Shown: positions 49,560 through 51,210 of the stretch, piece by piece
Layout of the letters: each line of letters opens with the position of its first letter
Position numbering within the stretch: the first letter of the stretch is position 1
From: Octopus bimaculoides
Taxonomy: Eukaryota
Direction: 5' to 3'
Length of the DNA: 51,210 bases
Assembly: GCF_001194135.2 (NCBI RefSeq)
Contig: NC_068985.1
Coordinates: 58,509,652 to 58,560,861, forward strand
The notes under the pieces: model-generated
Database searches by the model: none
Told to the model about the DNA's origin: nothing
What the model saw: the letters and a program-made list of their open reading frames with translations, nothing else
Program-made: the position numbers and the translations under genes

Positions 49560-51150
49560 CCCGATAAAACACAAAATTTAAATGAATACAAAGAACATAT
49601 AGACTCGAAGATTATAAATTTGTCAAATAAGAATAAAAAGAACCTCCTATTAAGAGGTTTCAAGTTTACTCCCCGACACCCACCCCTTTTCTCATTGAAA
49701 TGAAATCTGATATCGAACACTTAAAGCGCCACCTCCGACTTATAGTTTTCTTCAGCAGTAAGGATTTAAATGGTGAATCAATAGTCAGAAATAAATCCCA
49801 CTTCATCCCCTACAACGGGAAGGACAAATATTTAAACTCGTATATAGACACGATATCGAAATTCCCTTAAATACCCAAAGAAGCAAACAAAGCCTTCGTG
49901 AAGAGAGAAATGAAGCCTTACAAACTCTGAAGAATGACATCTCAATCATCCTAAAAGAAGGTGATAAGGGAGGGGCGACAGTAATCAGGGACAAGGACTA
50001 TTATAAAGATAAAATACTGGAAATGTTAACAAACAAAACCTAGTACAACAAAGAACCAAGACACTCAGAAAAAAAAAAACAATAATGAATAAAATTTTAA
50101 GACTAATCAATGAATTCCAAAATTCTTTCACGGGCAAGGAGAAAGATTATATATGCAATTCTGTAATCAAAGAGAGCACTTCCTACCGATTACCCAAAAC
50201 GCTCAAAAGCTCCGAAATACACAGTGCTACAAATAACCAGCAGAGCCAGCTACAAATAACCAGCAGATGCTAGGGCCTGCTGACCTCATACTAAGACCAA
50301 TAGTTGCTGGACCTCAAGCACCAACAGAACATCTAAGTCATTTTTAGATATACTCCTAAAACCTTTGTGCCCTTTAATACCCAGTTACATACGAAATGGC
50401 AAAAATGTCATCCAACACATCCCTTCCACTCTCGCAGAGGTTACTCTACATACAAGTTTTGATGTCACCAATCTCCCTATTGATATACCTCTCACTTTAT
50501 GCCTAGAAGCAATGAAACACTGGGTATAGGAACGCTTCAAGACTGACGCAATCCCCAAGTTCACACGCTTAGTACTAGACGAAAATACCTTTAGATTCGA
50601 CAATAAAACATATTGAGAGATTAAAGGCACGGCTATGGGGTTGCGGTTTGTGCCCTCATATGCAAACTTAGGTATGGGATACGTGGAAGGAGAAGTACAA
50701 GAAATATTGCATTAAAAAGTGGAAACGCTTCCTTGATGATTGCTTCATCTTCTAGGACAGATCGAGAAGATCGAAGTATATCTAACAATATACTGAACAC
50801 ACTTCATCCATCCATCAAATTCATGACATAATCCAGTTGCAATGAATGACTATTCCTGGATATCCACATATCAAACTTCACAGTCACAACAGACATGCTT
50901 TATAAATTTCGGTACGCCAATATTTAAATTCTACTCTTGCAATCCATCACGCATCAAAAGAAACATCCCGTATAGTGACTGAACTCAAAGTACATGAAAT
51001 CCGACTTAAAGAAGTCAAAGTCTTCCTCACCATGCAGAAATACTCCTTAGGATTAAATAATAACGGAATTAAAAAGGCGATGAAACTGAACATCACTCAT
51101 GTACGGACACCTAAGGAAAAAGTTAATGACAAGACGATTCCGTTCGTTGT
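49560..51150 (+). mobile_element. Degenerate Penelope-like element RT (Neptune/Poseidon-like), 3'-truncated at (TA)n
   Basis: KEGDKGGATVI, LRPIVAGPQAPTEHLSHFLDILLKP, SFDVTNL, KGTAMG..VPSYANL.MGY, KWKRFLDDCFI, HPSIKF, FLDI, with many stops and frameshifts. Confidence 0.85.
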
Positions 51151-51173
51151 CATATATGTATATATATATATTA

Positions 51174-51210
<37 letters not shown>

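Overview
AT-rich eukaryotic draft-genome window with many N gaps, nearly all bordered by microsatellites, and saturated with repeats. The SINE families, the (TTAGGG)n tract and the microsatellite density suggest a coleoid cephalopod, probably Octopus; this rests on recalled repeat sequences, not a search. I cannot support any host protein-coding exon. Most ORF-track entries are microsatellite or N-run artefacts. Recognisable content: three mariner relics, one Tc1 relic, several tRNA-derived SINEs, an RTE relic, two R4/Dong-type RLE retrotransposon fragments, two different Penelope-like elements (PLEs) and an internally deleted Helitron. The most notable items are (i) a head-to-tail pair of ORF1/gag-only retroelements with no RT (HAL1/HeT-A-like), one disrupted by a de novo (TTAGGG)n insertion, and (ii) four unrelated type I hammerhead ribozyme candidates; three lie in a short direct-repeat or foldback unit and one is cut by a gap, which suggests a PLE/retrozyme system. 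Coordinates were read by hand, and element boundaries are approximate.
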